The notes under the pieces: model-generated
What the model was told of the DNA's origin: nothing
The model's input: only the letters and a program-made list of their open reading frames with translations
The model's database searches: none
Part shown: piece after piece, positions 26,261 to 40,514 of the stretch
Numbering within the stretch: the stretch's first letter is position 1
How the letters are laid out: each line of letters begins with the position of its first letter
DNA from: Vicugna vicugna
Taxonomy: Eukaryota
Direction: 5' to 3'
Assembly: GCA_013265495.1 (NCBI GenBank)
Contig: MU061578.1
Span: forward strand, 629,308-693,307
DNA length: 64,000 bases
Position numbers and translations under genes: made by a program

Positions 26261-29200
26261 GAAAGGGAAAGGGAGGCATCATTTAGCTTATTGCAGGTAT
26301 TTTCTCCAGAGTCATCATATGTCTGGTATATAATATATGAAAAAATCACTGATTGAATGAATTACTGAAAGGGTGGGCATACCTCTCTGTATATCACTTT
26401 TAATCTTTCCCTTCAAACAGGCTTCCCCTCTAGGCAGGAAAACACGCCTGTCGATAGTTCCTGAACGTCGTGAACCCCGCTCCACCACGACTCCTGGAAC
26501 GATGCTTAATTCCTTTTTCAGTTCCCTTTGAAAACTCTTGAAGAACAATTCTGATCAGCCCTAGTTGGCTCAAGCCTGTGCACGAGCCCACTGTGCAGGA
26601 AAGGGCGGCTGTTCGTGGTGATTCTCTAACCCGGTTAGAGTAAGAATAGAGGTAGCCCCATAAATACGGGGTTATTCTTCCTTAGCATATAAAGGGTTAT
26701 TTTTAAGACAGGCAGTTGGTCCATATCCACAAATCAAATGATGTAGGAACTTGTGAGAGGGTTGTACCTCCCTGGGCCTTGTTTTTATTTCTCTTCCAAT
26801 TAATATGTTCTGACTTTCAGATCAAGTTCCAAATGTTTTCCTTTTTATTTTCGATAAGATTAACTTAACGTGTCATGGAGGCTACCAACTAAATAAAGTT
26901 TGGATGTGACCCAATGAATTAATTGCTTTAAAAAAATCTGAAAGTTACTCGTTTTTAAAAATGTGTGCCCCCGCTTCCCTGCAGGAATTTATCTCCTAAC
27001 GATTGATTGCTGTTGCCTAAAAATAAATCACTGCACAGGAACGCCAGCTACCTTATGGTTCTGGTGGTTTTTTCATCCTATGAAACCCAGTGCCCCCTCT
27101 TAGCACAAGTAATATATACACCAGCATAGTTTTGGATACAATAAATGCTCGAGGTCTAATATAAAAGAGAATAAAAACGTAATTTATAATAAAATAATTT
27201 GGATTTCAATATGTCAATTATATGGTGCAGTTTACACTGTAAAATAACCAACTCCCTCATAAAATTCCAAAATCCCGGTAGGAGGCAGTACCATCCCGGT
27301 TCACAACCACCGCTCTTGGTAAACAGGTATTGCAGACTTGATGTATGACTCACCTGCGCCCTCGCCCATGCCAGTGAACTTGTATCAGTTATGACCTTAC
27401 TCCTACCTGAAGCCACTCTGTTCTGTTACTTACAGAGCCATTGATTGGCTCTCTCTTCTACTTGAGTTTAAGCTCCATGATATTGGTAATCTTCTCTGTC
27501 TTGCTCAGTGCCCAGCATATTGTAGAAAGCTCAATATGTATCTGCTGAACCAATGAACACATCGATGTTCCTTTTGGCACACCAAAGTGTTTCTGGGTTG
27601 GAAAGATCTTTCCTGATGATCTGATTTGATGACACCAAGAACAAACGATGGTGGAATTGACTTGCCCGTGGTTACAGAGTGGGTAGACCCAGGTCTCCCA
27701 ATCCACACCCCTGCACCCAGGCACCATGCATATATGGCTTAAGTTTATCCTTAAAGACCAAACAAAGGCATTTCATGACACTGATACTTCTTCTCTTTAT
27801 CCTAATAAATCAGGCCATGGGAATTTAAATGCGATCATTTCTAATGAAGATAAGACAAATTTACTATATCCTAGCTGGCATGTGGTAGCTTCCTTTTTTT
27901 TTTTTTTTCCTTTTTTATATCCATCTCCCATGTCTGTCCTATATAACCCCCAAATGGTCCCCTCTTGGATGCCAAGGGAGCACTTCCTCTTTAGTAATTA
28001 ACCAACCCAGCAAATCCTTTCTATTTTTTTTTTTCTGAGCAACCTTCCAGAAAGACAACTTTCTTGGTGAGAAAAAAGCCAGCGTATGCTTTACAGATGG
28101 CATGAAAAAGGAAATAGTGGCAGAGAGTACAAATTGCTGAAAATAGCATGTGCCAAAGGCTACTCTGCGATATTAGTTTATGAATTTTGCCAGCTCAGGA
28201 GTACTTCAGCCGCAGCAAACCACTTGGAGGCTTTCCTTGTTTATTCCATTCAGAGAGATATTGCATCTTAGCATACAAAGCACTGCCTAACAGCAGTTGG
28301 GTCTGCTTAGATTTAGAAGTAAGCTGAGAGAGCAGTTTGTATTTGCTTTTGATTTCTCTGTGGGAGAGGAATGCAGGAATTACTTCCAGCAACTTTGAAA
28401 GTCATATGCTGAAAACCAGGGAAATACAAGGGAGAAGGCAACGCAGGTGCATTTAAGAAAGAGCAAGCGCAAGAGAGAGTCAGTGATTTGTTTCTGGAAA
28501 CCAGTGACCCATTTACGGTTTACTTCAAGCCCAGAAATAAAGCCTGTAAACTCACCCCCAAACCAAGGTGGATGTGAGTTAGTAAAGGAAATATTCCAGG
28601 GGTAGCTTATGCTTGGGCTCTGGTTTCACCTCGATCTGATTGTATTCCTCAAGTCTTGCAGAGATCAGGGCTTCTTTCTTGACTCAAAAGGAAGACTTCC
28701 TATCCTGGAAAATACCACCGCGCCCCATATGCTTTTCCATATGGTGAGCGAATCCAAGTTTTTAGAATAATGGATTGTTTCCTAACACCTAATGGTTGCT
28801 CTGGATCTGAACGACTGGAAAAATTTAAGCTTGGTGACAGCCCACTGAAATTGCATCCCATAAGCTGAAAGAAACTCTGAATCATTATTTATCATAGGTG
28901 GAAGGGACATTAACCATCAGGTGGCCCAAACTCCTCTTTTTACCCATGGGGACCAACATCCACAGAGGAGAGGGACTTTCCCAAAGATCTGAAGCAAGCT
29001 GATGGCAAATCTCGTGTTGGAAATTGGTATAGAGGTTTAGTTATTCACTTTTAGCATGTATCAGCAGCCTTTTTGTGAATAAAATTACTTGACCTCTTTG
29101 TGAATCAGTTTTCTCACCTGTAAAATGTAGGTAATTTTGATGGTGCCAAGCACTGGGCTGTTGAGGGGGACTGAAAACTGTGAAAGCTTCTCAGGGTTGT

Positions 29201-30204
29201 CTTTTGCTCATAGCAGCTTTTATCTTCATAGTTGTCGTTTTCATCATCATCACCATCGTCATGATTGTATTCATCCCTAGTTCCACGTATGGGTCTTAAC
29301 CTGGCTGCAGGCATCTCAGTTCCAACATTTGAAACAGAGAGGAGTCCTAATAGGGAAATAGACTGAAAACGACAACTGTAACTTGTCTACACTACATCAC
29401 AATGTAGCCAGAATTTTTATTTAGGCATCATGGATGGAGGACTTACGTTTAATCCTTCAATAACCAAACAGAGGCTTTTTTCATGTTTAAAAAAATTATG
29501 GGAAAAATACCTTTTTATCTCATTGACCCAGATGGTTTTGTCTCTTTTCTTACCTTTTGTAATTATTAGGAGAAACTTCGATGGAAAACTACCCTCTTGG
29601 CTGTCTGTGACTAACTTGTGAAAATTAAAACATTCATTTTACTCAAATTGCCGGTAGTGCAGCTGAGAAGACCAGTTCCATTGGGCTTTCTCTAAACCAC
29701 AGCGAAGTGATGAAGAGATAATTTGAGGTCAGATCTTCAGCCGGCTAGACTCCCAGACAACCCGACCAGCGTGCAGTTTATTGTCCTGTGTTCAGCTTCC
29801 CGACTGAAAAGTTAGAACTAGAAGCTTTGTCAGACTCAGACCGGAGAATCAGAATAAAAAGGTGCCTGCTAACTGCTCTCATTACAGCGGCAAGCTTGTT
29901 AGCAAATGTGTGTGAAGTTTCTGTATGTGGACAACATGAAGGCAACCAGCCCAAACAGAGGGTCCCATAAACTCTGGTGAGTTAGAAGCTTGACCTACCT
30001 TGTTTATACAAATAGAAAGACATCCTTAGTATCTAGATGTGGCATGTGTAATTTTTTTTTAAAGATCAATTCCTTTCCCCTCCCCTCAATTATTTCATTA
30101 GTGAGATAACACCGTATGTACCGCTACTGGTGCATGAGGATGACAACTCTCTGCCGCCAATGATAAGTTTGTAGATTAAAATTTTTTTTCTTTTTTTCTT
30201 AAAC

Positions 30205-30725
30205 CATTTTTAAAATTGGAGTATAGTTAATTTACAATGTTGTGTTAGTTTCAACTGTGCAGCAAAGTGGTTCAGTTATACATATGTATTATTTCAGATT
30301 CTTTTCAATTATAGATTATTATAAGATATTAAATATAGTTCCCTGTGCTATGCCACAGGTCCTTGTTATTTATCTATTTTATGTATAGTAGTTTGTATCT
30401 GCTAATCCTAGACCCCTAATTTATCCCTCCTCCAACTCTTTCTGCTTTGGTAATCATAAGTTTGTTTCCTGTGTCTGTGAGTCTATTTCTGTTTTGTAAA
30501 TAAGTTCATTCATTATCATTTGTGTCATTTTTTTAGATTCCACAAGTAAGTATATCATATAATATTTGTCTTTGCCTGACTTATTTCACTTAGTGTGATA
30601 GTTTCTAGGTCCATCCATGTTGCTACAAATGGCATTATTTCATTCCTTTTTATGGCTGCATAGTATTCCATTGTATATAGATACCACATCTCTTTAACTA
30701 GTCATCTGTTGGTGGACATTTAGGT
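30205..30725 (-). mobile_element. L1 3' end (same type as 19014-19466)
   Basis: ttggagtatagttaatttacaatgttgtgttagtttc...tctaggtccatccatgttgct.caaatggcattatttcatt. Confidence 0.9.
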
Positions 30726-31153
30726 TTTATCTTTAATATGTTGTGAGTGAACTGAGGGAATAAGCCCACATTGCTCACCTACATGCAGCCAAACACCAGG
30801 TACATGTACTTGTATCTAATCTTTGTGATCCAATGACTGCTAGGAACTTTTGTATCACACATGAGGAGACAGAGATGCAGAGAGGTAATGTCATGTTCCC
30901 ATGGTTCCTCAGCTGGAAAGTTGCAATGCACAATTTGATCTTAGGGCAAAGTCTGAATTTCTCCCTTTACACACACTCCCACCCCAATTGTGTTGTTGTA
31001 ATGACTGAAATTCACCTCAGTAGACAGAAGAACTTTGGGGCAGAGTCTCAGGAAACAGTGAGTGCTGCGTCATTGGCTCTCAGCTGGCAGAAAGTGAATT
31101 AAGAGGAGGCTTTCAAGCATTGGAATTGTCAGGGGGTGCTGAACAGGATGACT

Positions 31154-31252
31154 ATTTTTGTTGAAGTATAGCTGATTTACAATATTAATTTCAGGTGTAC
31201 CGCATAGTGATTCAGTATTTTTACAAATTATACTCCATTAAATATCATTCCA
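31154..31252 (-). mobile_element. Very short L1 3' terminus with TSD
   Basis: ttgaagtatagctgatttacaatatt..tttcaggtgtac.gcatagtgattcag; flanked by aggatgact at 31145-31153 and 31253-31261. Confidence 0.8.
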
Positions 31253-33181
31253 AGGATGACTTTTAATGTCTTTGCCATCAATGACACATCATTTGCTTAT
31301 TCATTCATTCATACTGTAATTCAGTTTCCTCTTGATAAACATGCACAATTTTTAAAAATGCTCTCAGTCGTTAGGACCAGAAGAAACTGTGCTTCTCCTC
31401 AACACCTGTTTTGGTTTTATCCCGTGAATGATATAAATCATGGACTGATTACATATAAGCATGCACGTGTGTGTATGTGTGTGCACGTGTGTATTGATAT
31501 TTCCATGTTCACTAGTGGGTTTAGAGCAGAAGTTACAGTCCACCCCTAAAAGTGATTCAGCCACACAGTTGGAGATATATTTTATTAATCAGTCAATATT
31601 ATTTCTCTGCTCTGCATTTGATCTCGAGTTCTTCAACTTTTCCCTCTTATGTTTCTGTGTTTATTTAGAAGCTGTATCAAATGATGCCAATGTATGTGCC
31701 TTTGTGTGGCTCTGTGTATTTGTGTACTCACAAAAATACCTGCCCGCTCTTCTTTGTGATTCAATCTTGAGCCTTTGAACTTCAGCCAGTGCAAAGGAAT
31801 AGAAATATTGCTGGCACTCACTTCAATTAGAGCCAGCCAAAACAAGCGGGCATAGTGAGTGTCTGATTTCCCCATCTCTGACTCCAAGAGCAGCCCAGCC
31901 CAGGATTCCAGCCCAACCTCACCCTGTGCGGAACAAGGGCCATTTCTCTCTTGCAAGCTCTAGGGTCTTAAATCTGACTTCCTTGGAAGGGAGGACAGGT
32001 TTCGCCTGCCAAGGGTAACTGAGGCCCTTGCATCTGTCATGTTGATCCATCCAGGACCCTTGCCAGATCTAGTATGCTGATCAATTACACTGACCTGATA
32101 ATACTAACATTAGTGTGAGGGTGCCTAGAGCCAAAGGCTGGAAACCAAATCTACAGCAAGGAGCTGCTCAGGCCAGCCAAAATGAACCAGGACTTATTCT
32201 ATTAGAGAGACTACTCCGCTTGCTCCAATAATGAGAACTCTATTGAGATTGGTTAATTCAATTCTGCCCATCTTATCAGATTTATTTTTAATGAAACTGA
32301 ACAATAGTTTCATTTGTTATGTTATTAGTTTTCCCAGTAGAAGGAACGAGATGTTAACACCGAAAGCAAAGCAGACAAGCTTTGCCAATGTCTTTGGCTT
32401 ATCAGTGATGTGAGCCCGTCTGGATGTGACGCAGTGAAAGCTTCTGTCCTCTTCTGGGTCTACTTTCTTGCTCATGGGGCTTAGAGCTGTGAGGTTATCT
32501 TCCCTCATGTAACCTCTCTGTGCCTCTTCTACCCCTGTCATTCCCTTGTTAATAAACCTGCCAGGGCTCCTGAAGGCCGTATTTCCAACAGTTGCTAGGG
32601 GAGTCACATTGGCAGAGTGGCTGAACTTCTGTAAACCATAATTTATTATTTTTTTTATTTGCAAAGCAGTGATAACGTAAATCACGCCAGAGCATTTTCA
32701 TAAGAATCAAATGCAGTCGTGTCTTACGAATGTATAATATCTGGCATGTAGTAGATGCTCAGTAAATATCGGTGTCCTCTTCCTCCTTTGTGTGTCCATC
32801 TACCTCGTGCATAATTCACTTCCTCAGGGGCAGACACTATGCTTGGTTTGCCTGTTCCCTGTGTGCCTGTCTTGCCTTGCTCGAAGCACTGAATAAATAC
32901 TTGCTGAGTTGAGCTAATTGCTGGGTCTCCAAATGTGAAGTCCCTCCCATCACCCCACCTTATTGTTTTTTTTTTTCCTCTAAAACGTCTCTTATCCTTT
33001 CAAGGCTCAGTGCAAATACTCCTTCCTTCAAACACCCTTCACTGTTCAGACTCTGTACATGGAACCCACAAGCCCAAGGCACTTTCTGCAGCATTTTTTG
33101 TAATGTCTATGCTGATGAAAAGCCAAACAAAATGTGAATCTACCATACTGAGCTCACACTTCAATTTTAACATATGAGAGT

Positions 33182-33610
33182 TGTCTTAAGTTGGGTTCCC
33201 TTCTCTTCCTGGGCAAGTGATTTGAGTGAAGAAACTCAGAGAAACTTACAAGAGTGAGGGAAGAATAGGGCAAGGCAAAAACTTAGGCAAAGATGGGGTT
33301 TCTAGAGAAGTCTAGCCACAGCCTGATCCCCAATCCCACGAGGATCTCTGAAGCATTGACTGTACATGTGAGATTTCCCATCATCAGGAGAGGGGACCGG
33401 GCCAGTAGACACACACATCACTCAGGCACTGGGTGAGTGTCATGCTGGTGGGAAAGTGGGCACAGTCCCCTGAGCATCCTCCTGCCAGTCAAGGTCATTT
33501 TTCAGTTAAGGGCACAGGTATGAGTGCTGAGCAGCCAAAACCTGCAGAAGCTGGGGCATGGGGACTGTGACCCGGTAAGAGGAAATGTGAGCAGGGCCTC
33601 CGATAAATAT
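33182..33610 (-). mobile_element. ERVL LTR (LTR16/LTR33-like)
   Basis: tgtcttaagttgggttccc...caagtgattt...cagcctgatcccca...ggatctctgaagcat. Confidence 0.5.
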
Positions 33611-36600
33611 GCCAAAGGAGCCAAGGAAGACGGTGGGTCTGGAATATATGTATATATAAGAGGGTTTTGGTCCAGCCACTCAGAACTTCCCAGAAATAGT
33701 GGCAGCCTCAGGCCTGGAGCCAAGGGATGCTTGGAAACAGCGTGGTGACATTCAAGAGTTGAGTCATTTATTATTTCTTAGAGAAACAAAAAAATAGGGA
33801 GGATTTTGGCATTGCAGCTCTGATACCTTGTCCCCACCCCCATTTTCATTGTGAACATGTTTAATTGGAGTGTTGTGTAATTAATTGCATGTCTATTGCA
33901 ATATGGTGTTTACTTACAAAGCACTGTGGGCCATGTCAGCGATTAGCCATTTTCTCTGACGCCTGTCGTAGTGCTAATTACAAGCAGACATGGTACACTT
34001 TGTCTGACAAAGACACAGGAGCGTGGCACAAAGGTGTCTCCCGCGTCTCCGCGGGTTCACTTCGTCTGGATGGAAGCTCTGGTTGGCTTCTGCGAAGCTG
34101 ATGCAGCAGCTCGAGAGAGAGTTTGCCAGGAATCAGACAAAGACGGTGTACGTGTCTAACCACGGTCCAATTGTATTGTCATCTCAGGGGCGCCACCCCC
34201 AGAATGTGTTTCTGGCCCTGGAGATTCTAAGGAGTCAGACAACCTGTGACCAATAAATCATGGGGCTGGAAATCCTCTGCTTTCTCGCAGGCCCTGCCAA
34301 ACCATTCTGCAGTGAAATGTTCTAATTGTACTCTGATTTTAATGTTAATACCCATTTCCATAATTTCTCTGGATCTTTACGGGGCTGTTTAATACTTGCC
34401 AATGAAGCAAATGAACTAGAAGGAACACCCACAGATGGCTCATGTTTCCCATTAAGCCGGAGCACGAAGATCTGCTTTGTTTCGCGTCTGCTTGGGGCAG
34501 CCGAGCTGTTCACAAACAAGGCGGCCTGAAAGCTTGCCCAGCTCTCTCAACGGCAGCGTTGAAACCAAGGCATCCCGAGGGAGGGTTGACATGGGGAACA
34601 GAGTGGAACAAACGGGACTCAGCTCCTGCCTCCGGGGCTCCCCCGTGATGCCCCGGGATGGCTCTTAACGTCATATGTGGGTGGTGGTCCACTCACCACA
34701 CGTTCACGTTGCTGTTGCCCATCTGGAGTGTCCTACACATACTTCTTCAACCTCCAAGGCCCAGACACTCTTTGCTGAGGCCCCTGTGCTCCTACACAGG
34801 CAAGAGCTGAGTGGAATTCTGGAGGTATCTTCCTAGCACTGCCACGAGGCCGGTCCTCACTGAGTACTTGGCAGTGGAGCGCAGACTGGGGGATTGTGCC
34901 CAGCGGGTGCCCCTCGCTTGTCTCATCACAGCAACGTGGGCTTGCCTCAGTAGGACCACGCGGCACGCCACATCGGCACGGTCTGCGTGCCTTCTCCCGC
35001 CGTGGGTGTAGAAGTCCTACAGTGGTTCTCTTTCGTGGCCTCATGATGTTCGTTTCCCTCTGATTCTACTAAACACTTTTTCCTAGTAAAAAATATCCAG
35101 GTTGGCAGCAGCCTAATTTTATCTAGATTCAGTTAAAAGGGAGGCTGAGGGTCTCGTGTAACAGGGGGACCATGATAGGAAACAGGGTAAAATGGGGTCA
35201 GTGTTCTCTCCTCCTTTTTCATCATTCACCTCTCTGTGTATGAGCACTTGACCTCTCAAATAAGCTTTCTCCTTGGGCTGGAACCATGGCTGCTAGACCT
35301 CTGGGCTGTCAGCTTTGTCATTTTTGGATAAATAAGGGAAGGACCCTCTTTCCAAGGCCCAGCTCCCAAGACCCTAGGAGAGGACTGTGAATCCCACACT
35401 AAGGTCACATGACCGCCTCTGGACCCGTCGCTGGGGTTGAGAGCATGGAGCATTCTGTTTGGCCAGTTTGTGTCAGGTGTCTGCACTTGGGTGGGGAGGA
35501 GGGGACCTGCTGCTCCATTTGACCCCATGACAGAGCCTCTCCTCCAAGAAGGGGGGGGGCAGCACAGAGGAAATCACTGAGGCTCATTTGTGAGCTGAGC
35601 GGTCCTCCCCATCATAGTCTCTACTACATATGTCCAGCACGATTTATTGTGTTATTTGTTTAACACCTGTCTCTACCATCAGACTGAAAACTAGTTATTC
35701 ACCATAGACAACCCTGCTTGTGCAAAATGAACACCTAGTAGGTGAACGTATGGCTTAATCTCAGTCGCGTCCTGAGGAGCTATTCATCTTAGGGCTTTGG
35801 GAATAAGAAGATGAAATTCCCAGGAATCCTCAGGAATTTCCCATAAGTCGTTTTGTTTATATGGGAAATAAACACACTGTTATTTATATGCTTTTTAAAA
35901 CAATAATATATGGCCATCGTGATAAAAAGAGAATAATTCTTTTCTCTGATTGGGTTATAGGAGATGGTTTAGAGGTTTTCTTATTATTATTTCATAATAA
36001 TGCATGTTAGAAACTGATAGATTGTGACAAGGTTAGATATTTCAATAATATTTAAGAATTATTTCTACCTGATACAGGCATTTGATCACAGAAATCATCA
36101 CCAAAAATGAATTTCAAAAAAAAAATCACTTTAAAAGTGGAAAGGTAATTCCAAAGATGTTTAATGTTTTTAAATTATCATGCTGAAATTGAAATTCTAA
36201 AATGTAAGATATTAAGTGCCTCATGCAATATCTTGATCTTTCTCTTGTGGCAAAAAATGGTCCAGATGTGGAAAAACGTCTTTGCTTTTGCATCGTCCTT
36301 GGTTGAATTGAGGAAGAGACCAAAACATGTTGGGTTGATTTTAACACCAAAAGTTGAGTGTTAGGGCCCTTGTTGCTTCATATATGTACTCTTTCCCTTT
36401 TTAAAGCTGACTCTATCCATCTGTCTGTCTATCCATATATTTCTGTCTTTCCATCTATCTCTACGTATTTATCCAAGTAGATTTTTACAGACCTCTGTAG
36501 CCTACAGTGAATAGTCAAACTCTGAAATACACAAATGAACATTATTGGATAGTATTTGAATAATGTAATCTTTGTATCTCCAGCAAGATTAACAACACTA

Positions 36601-37530
36601 CACAGAATTCCATGTTGAAATTGACTATTAACAACTTATTTTGCTTCCAAAATCTGCCATTTCTTGGAACACCACTCACGGTATTTGCATATACTATGCA
36701 TATAAACTATTTAGGGTTTATTTTACTTTCAAAAATGACTTAACCATGAGCATCAGAAAGGGCCACGAACACACCCTTAAAACTGGCGACAACAACCAGC
36801 AAGACTGACTGATTTGTCCAGAACCCCTTCTCTCCCAGACACGGCTGTCCCAGTTCCAGTCTTTGACTCTACATGGTAGTGTTCCCACTCTTGCTTTCTA
36901 CCGAAGTCAGTGGATCCTTCAGTAATGTCTCTATGCCAGGAAGACACTCCACATGGAAACCCTGAGCCATTCCTGGCATGGGACTGACAGCAATGGACTG
37001 TAGCACATCCTTGAAACTAACTATGTTAGCGTTCATATGGCTCATGCCTCCTATGTGATAAGCACCCAATGCTTACGGTTTGTGACTGTCCAAATTTGCA
37101 AATAGGGAAATTGAGGCTCACAGGAAACTTGCCCAGCGTCACAGAGCCACAGAGTGACAGAACTGGGTTCAATCTGGCTCTGCGTTATTAACCACCTGTC
37201 ATCCCTTCAAGCATCAGTATTTATATTTTCCACAATATCTATGTCTTTATTTGTCTGCAGTGCCTGAATGTTAACTTCTTTGGACAATGCTATCACTGCT
37301 ATTATTATACATATATTTTAAAGTGTTTATGGAATGTTTAAAATGCAATTTCAAAAATTTTATACATTCACATTATAAAATGTAATCCTTCCAATAACAC
37401 ATGATGCTAGAGCTTTTATTATCTCCATTTAACTAAAGAGGAAACTGAGGCTCTGAGATGCCTTCCCAAAGTCTCTTGATGAGGGACCAAGCTGATAAAT
37501 ATAATGCAGTTCTGTCTTGCTTATGTTCTT

Positions 37531-38288
37531 GGATAAATGCTGGAGAAGGTGTGGAGAAAAGGGAACCCTCCTGTTGGTGGGAATGCATTTTTGTGCAGCC
37601 ATTATGGAAAACAGTATGGAGATTCCTCAAAAAACTAAAATTAGACTTACCATATGATCCAGCAATCCCACTTCTGGGTATATATCTGGAGGGAACTCTA
37701 ATTCAAAAAGATACATGCACCCCAATGTTCATAGCAACACTATATACAGTAGCCAAGACATGGATGCAACCTAAGTGTCCATTGATAGATGACCAGATAA
37801 AGAAGTTGTGGTATATTTCTACAATGGAATACTACTCAGCCATAAAAAAGGATAAAAGAATGCCATTTATAGCAACATGGATGGACCTAGAGATTATCAT
37901 TTTAAGTAAGCCAGAAAGAGAAATAAAAATACCATATGAGACATTTATAGGTGGAATCTAAAAAGAAAAAAAAATGCTATGAACTCATCTACAAAACAGA
38001 AACAGACTCGCAGACATAATAAACAATCTTATGGTTACCAGGGGAAGGGGTGTGGAAAGGGATTAATCTGGGAGTTTGAGATATACAAATGTTAGCCACT
38101 GTATATAAAAATAGATTCAAAAAAGTTTCTGCTGTATAGCACAGGGAACTAAGTTCAATATCTTGTAATAACCTTTAATGAAAAAGAATATGAAAATGAA
38201 TATATGTATGTATATGCATGACTGGGAGATTGTGCTGTACGCCAGAAATGGACACATTGTAACTGACTGTACTTCAATAAAAAAAAAA
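37531..38288 (+). mobile_element. 5'-truncated, relatively young L1 (ORF2 C-terminus, 3'UTR, poly(A))
   Basis: ORF 37458-37961 reads [48 protein letters not shown]...TCTPMFIA, the L1 ORF2p C-terminal region. TSD cttatgttctt at 37520-37530 and 38290-38300. Confidence 0.95.
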
Positions 38289-39849
38289 TCTTATGTTCTT
38301 AAACACAGCAACACACCACTTCCCATAATCAGGCAGTGATACCAGCTCTATCCTGAAGTAGCTGGAATGACTCTTGTAAAGTTCCAGGCATGCGATTTGG
38401 GGGTAGGGGCAGTGGCCTGTGGGAGTGAATGCAGGGCATGGACAAGTGGTCCTGGGACGCTAGAGCTGGGGGTTCTTTAGGAGACATCTACGTTAAGGAA
38501 CAGATGGGGAGGCTGAGGCACTGAGGTCCTCAGAAGCCAACGATGCTGTAGCTTTATGTACTCCCCACAGCCGCCCTCATTTACAGATGAGAAAACTAGG
38601 TATAGGGAGGTTAACTAGCTTGTCCAAAGTCATTCAATGAGGACGTGACAAAGGACGCAAGGAAGTCGTGTTCCTGCCCTGTCCAGCCTCATCTCTGGGG
38701 GTCTCTTGCCCTCCGTGTGCCTTGAGTGAGGGGTGCAGTTTTCCTGCTAAGGATGATTTTGACAATCCAGCTGCCTGATCAACTTGTTTTTAGGAGGAAG
38801 GGGTAGGAGGGGAAGATTAGTGACCTTTGTTCTTGCTCTTACATGTCATGAGTATTTCCCCTGGATGGTCTGGGTGGTTGGTGCGCAAGAAGATTTCATT
38901 TAGGATTTTTTTTTTTCTTTGAGAGACCGGGAGAGCAGGTGACAGATTTCATTTTTACAATCCCAGGTTCAAACTAAAACCTAAAGCAGCTGTTCACCCT
39001 AGTACCGGACACCTAAAGTGCTTTTAGACCCAGAGATGCAAGGGTGTCATTTGCTGTTATTTGCAGAAGTGTTTGGCTCAGCTGTAAAGGGATCATTCAG
39101 TTCTGTTTAAAATCATGTAGCCAGGAACTAAAAAAGCACTTGGCTCTGGGAAAGAGGACTTTTAGTCATTTACACCCTTCCATTGTTATAAGGCTGTGTG
39201 TGTGTGTGTGCGCGCGCTGTGTATACATCACATTCCTTTTGGCAAGTAATGCATTTAATTAATCTACGTGGAGTTTTAGTACAACATAGTTGATTAGCAT
39301 AGTAGACACAGTGCCTTTTTAATATAACAAATCTACTGAGAAATATCCTTAGTTAATGAGCTGCGTCATTTTGGGAAAGTTTGTCTTATAAGTAATGTAT
39401 GAAAATAGCACTGTATTTTTTATGGTGCATACTCAGAGCCAAATAAGTCATCCCGGGTATGAAAAGAGTTCTAAATCTTCTACAATCTGTACCCCCTAGT
39501 CTAATGTGGGTTTTTTTTCAACTTTTATGGGTTGATTTTGCATCTATGATTGCTTGGCAAAGGGACAGAGCCAGAACGTGCTCATAAACTTTCAGTAAAG
39601 GTTTGTTATAGGTCATCTGAAGACAGGAGGAATGTTTACAATAGACAAAGTATGTGAATTGTCTTCGACTCCTTTGTAAACGTGGGGCATAACGTGTTTA
39701 CATATCATATTCTAGCAGGAGTACCCACTGATGGGCTCAACGTCTAGCCCTAGTCCAGAGACTAATGCAGACTGACTCTGCTAGCTTCAAAAGGGAAATC
39801 CTTTTCCCGCCTTATCCTATCACAGAACTGACATTCTGACCCTCTGACT

Positions 39850-40358
39850 CAAGTCTTCCCTGACTTGTAATGTGGTTAGATCTTGATAAACACATAGTTC
39901 AGTTGAAAATATCGAGTCAAAAATGCATTTAAAAAGCCTAACCTACTGAACATCGTAGCTGACCTAACCTAGCCTACCTTAATTGTGCTCAGAACACCTC
40001 CATTAGCCTCCAGTTGGGCAGAATCATCTAACACGAAGCCCTGCTTCATAAGAAAGGGTTGAATATCTCATGTAACGTATTGAATGCTCTGCTGAAAGTG
40101 CAGAGCAGAGTACAGCGTGGGGACGGCAGTGTGCTTGTCAGGGTATTAGTTGTTTACCCTTGAGATGACGTGGCTGGCTGGGAGCTTTGGCTCATTGCCA
40201 CCGCCCAACATCCTAAGAAATCAGACTACATATTACTAGCTGGAGAAAAGCTCAAAAATAAAAATTTGAAGTATGATTTCTACTGAGTACACATTGCTTT
40301 AGCACCACGGTAAAGTCGAAAAATCCTAGATTGAACCATTATAATTTGGAGAATATCT
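39850..40358. mobile_element. Tigger5/MER47 TcMar DNA transposon
   Basis: gttgaaaatatcg.gtcaaaaatgcatttaa...cctaacctactgaacatc...ctagcctacctta..tgtgctcagaacac...gtaaagtcgaaaaatc. Confidence 0.8.
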
Positions 40359-40514
40359 ACTTTATCATCCTAAGCAACAACCACATTGTTCAGACCTTCA
40401 GCTAGAAGAACAGATTAGTTATGTGAACCAGTGCTCAGAAATTCCATTCTGATTCTTCTGAGGGTGGACGATCTGTAGGTCACTGAAACGCCTCTTAAAT
40501 ATATACCAAGGTCT

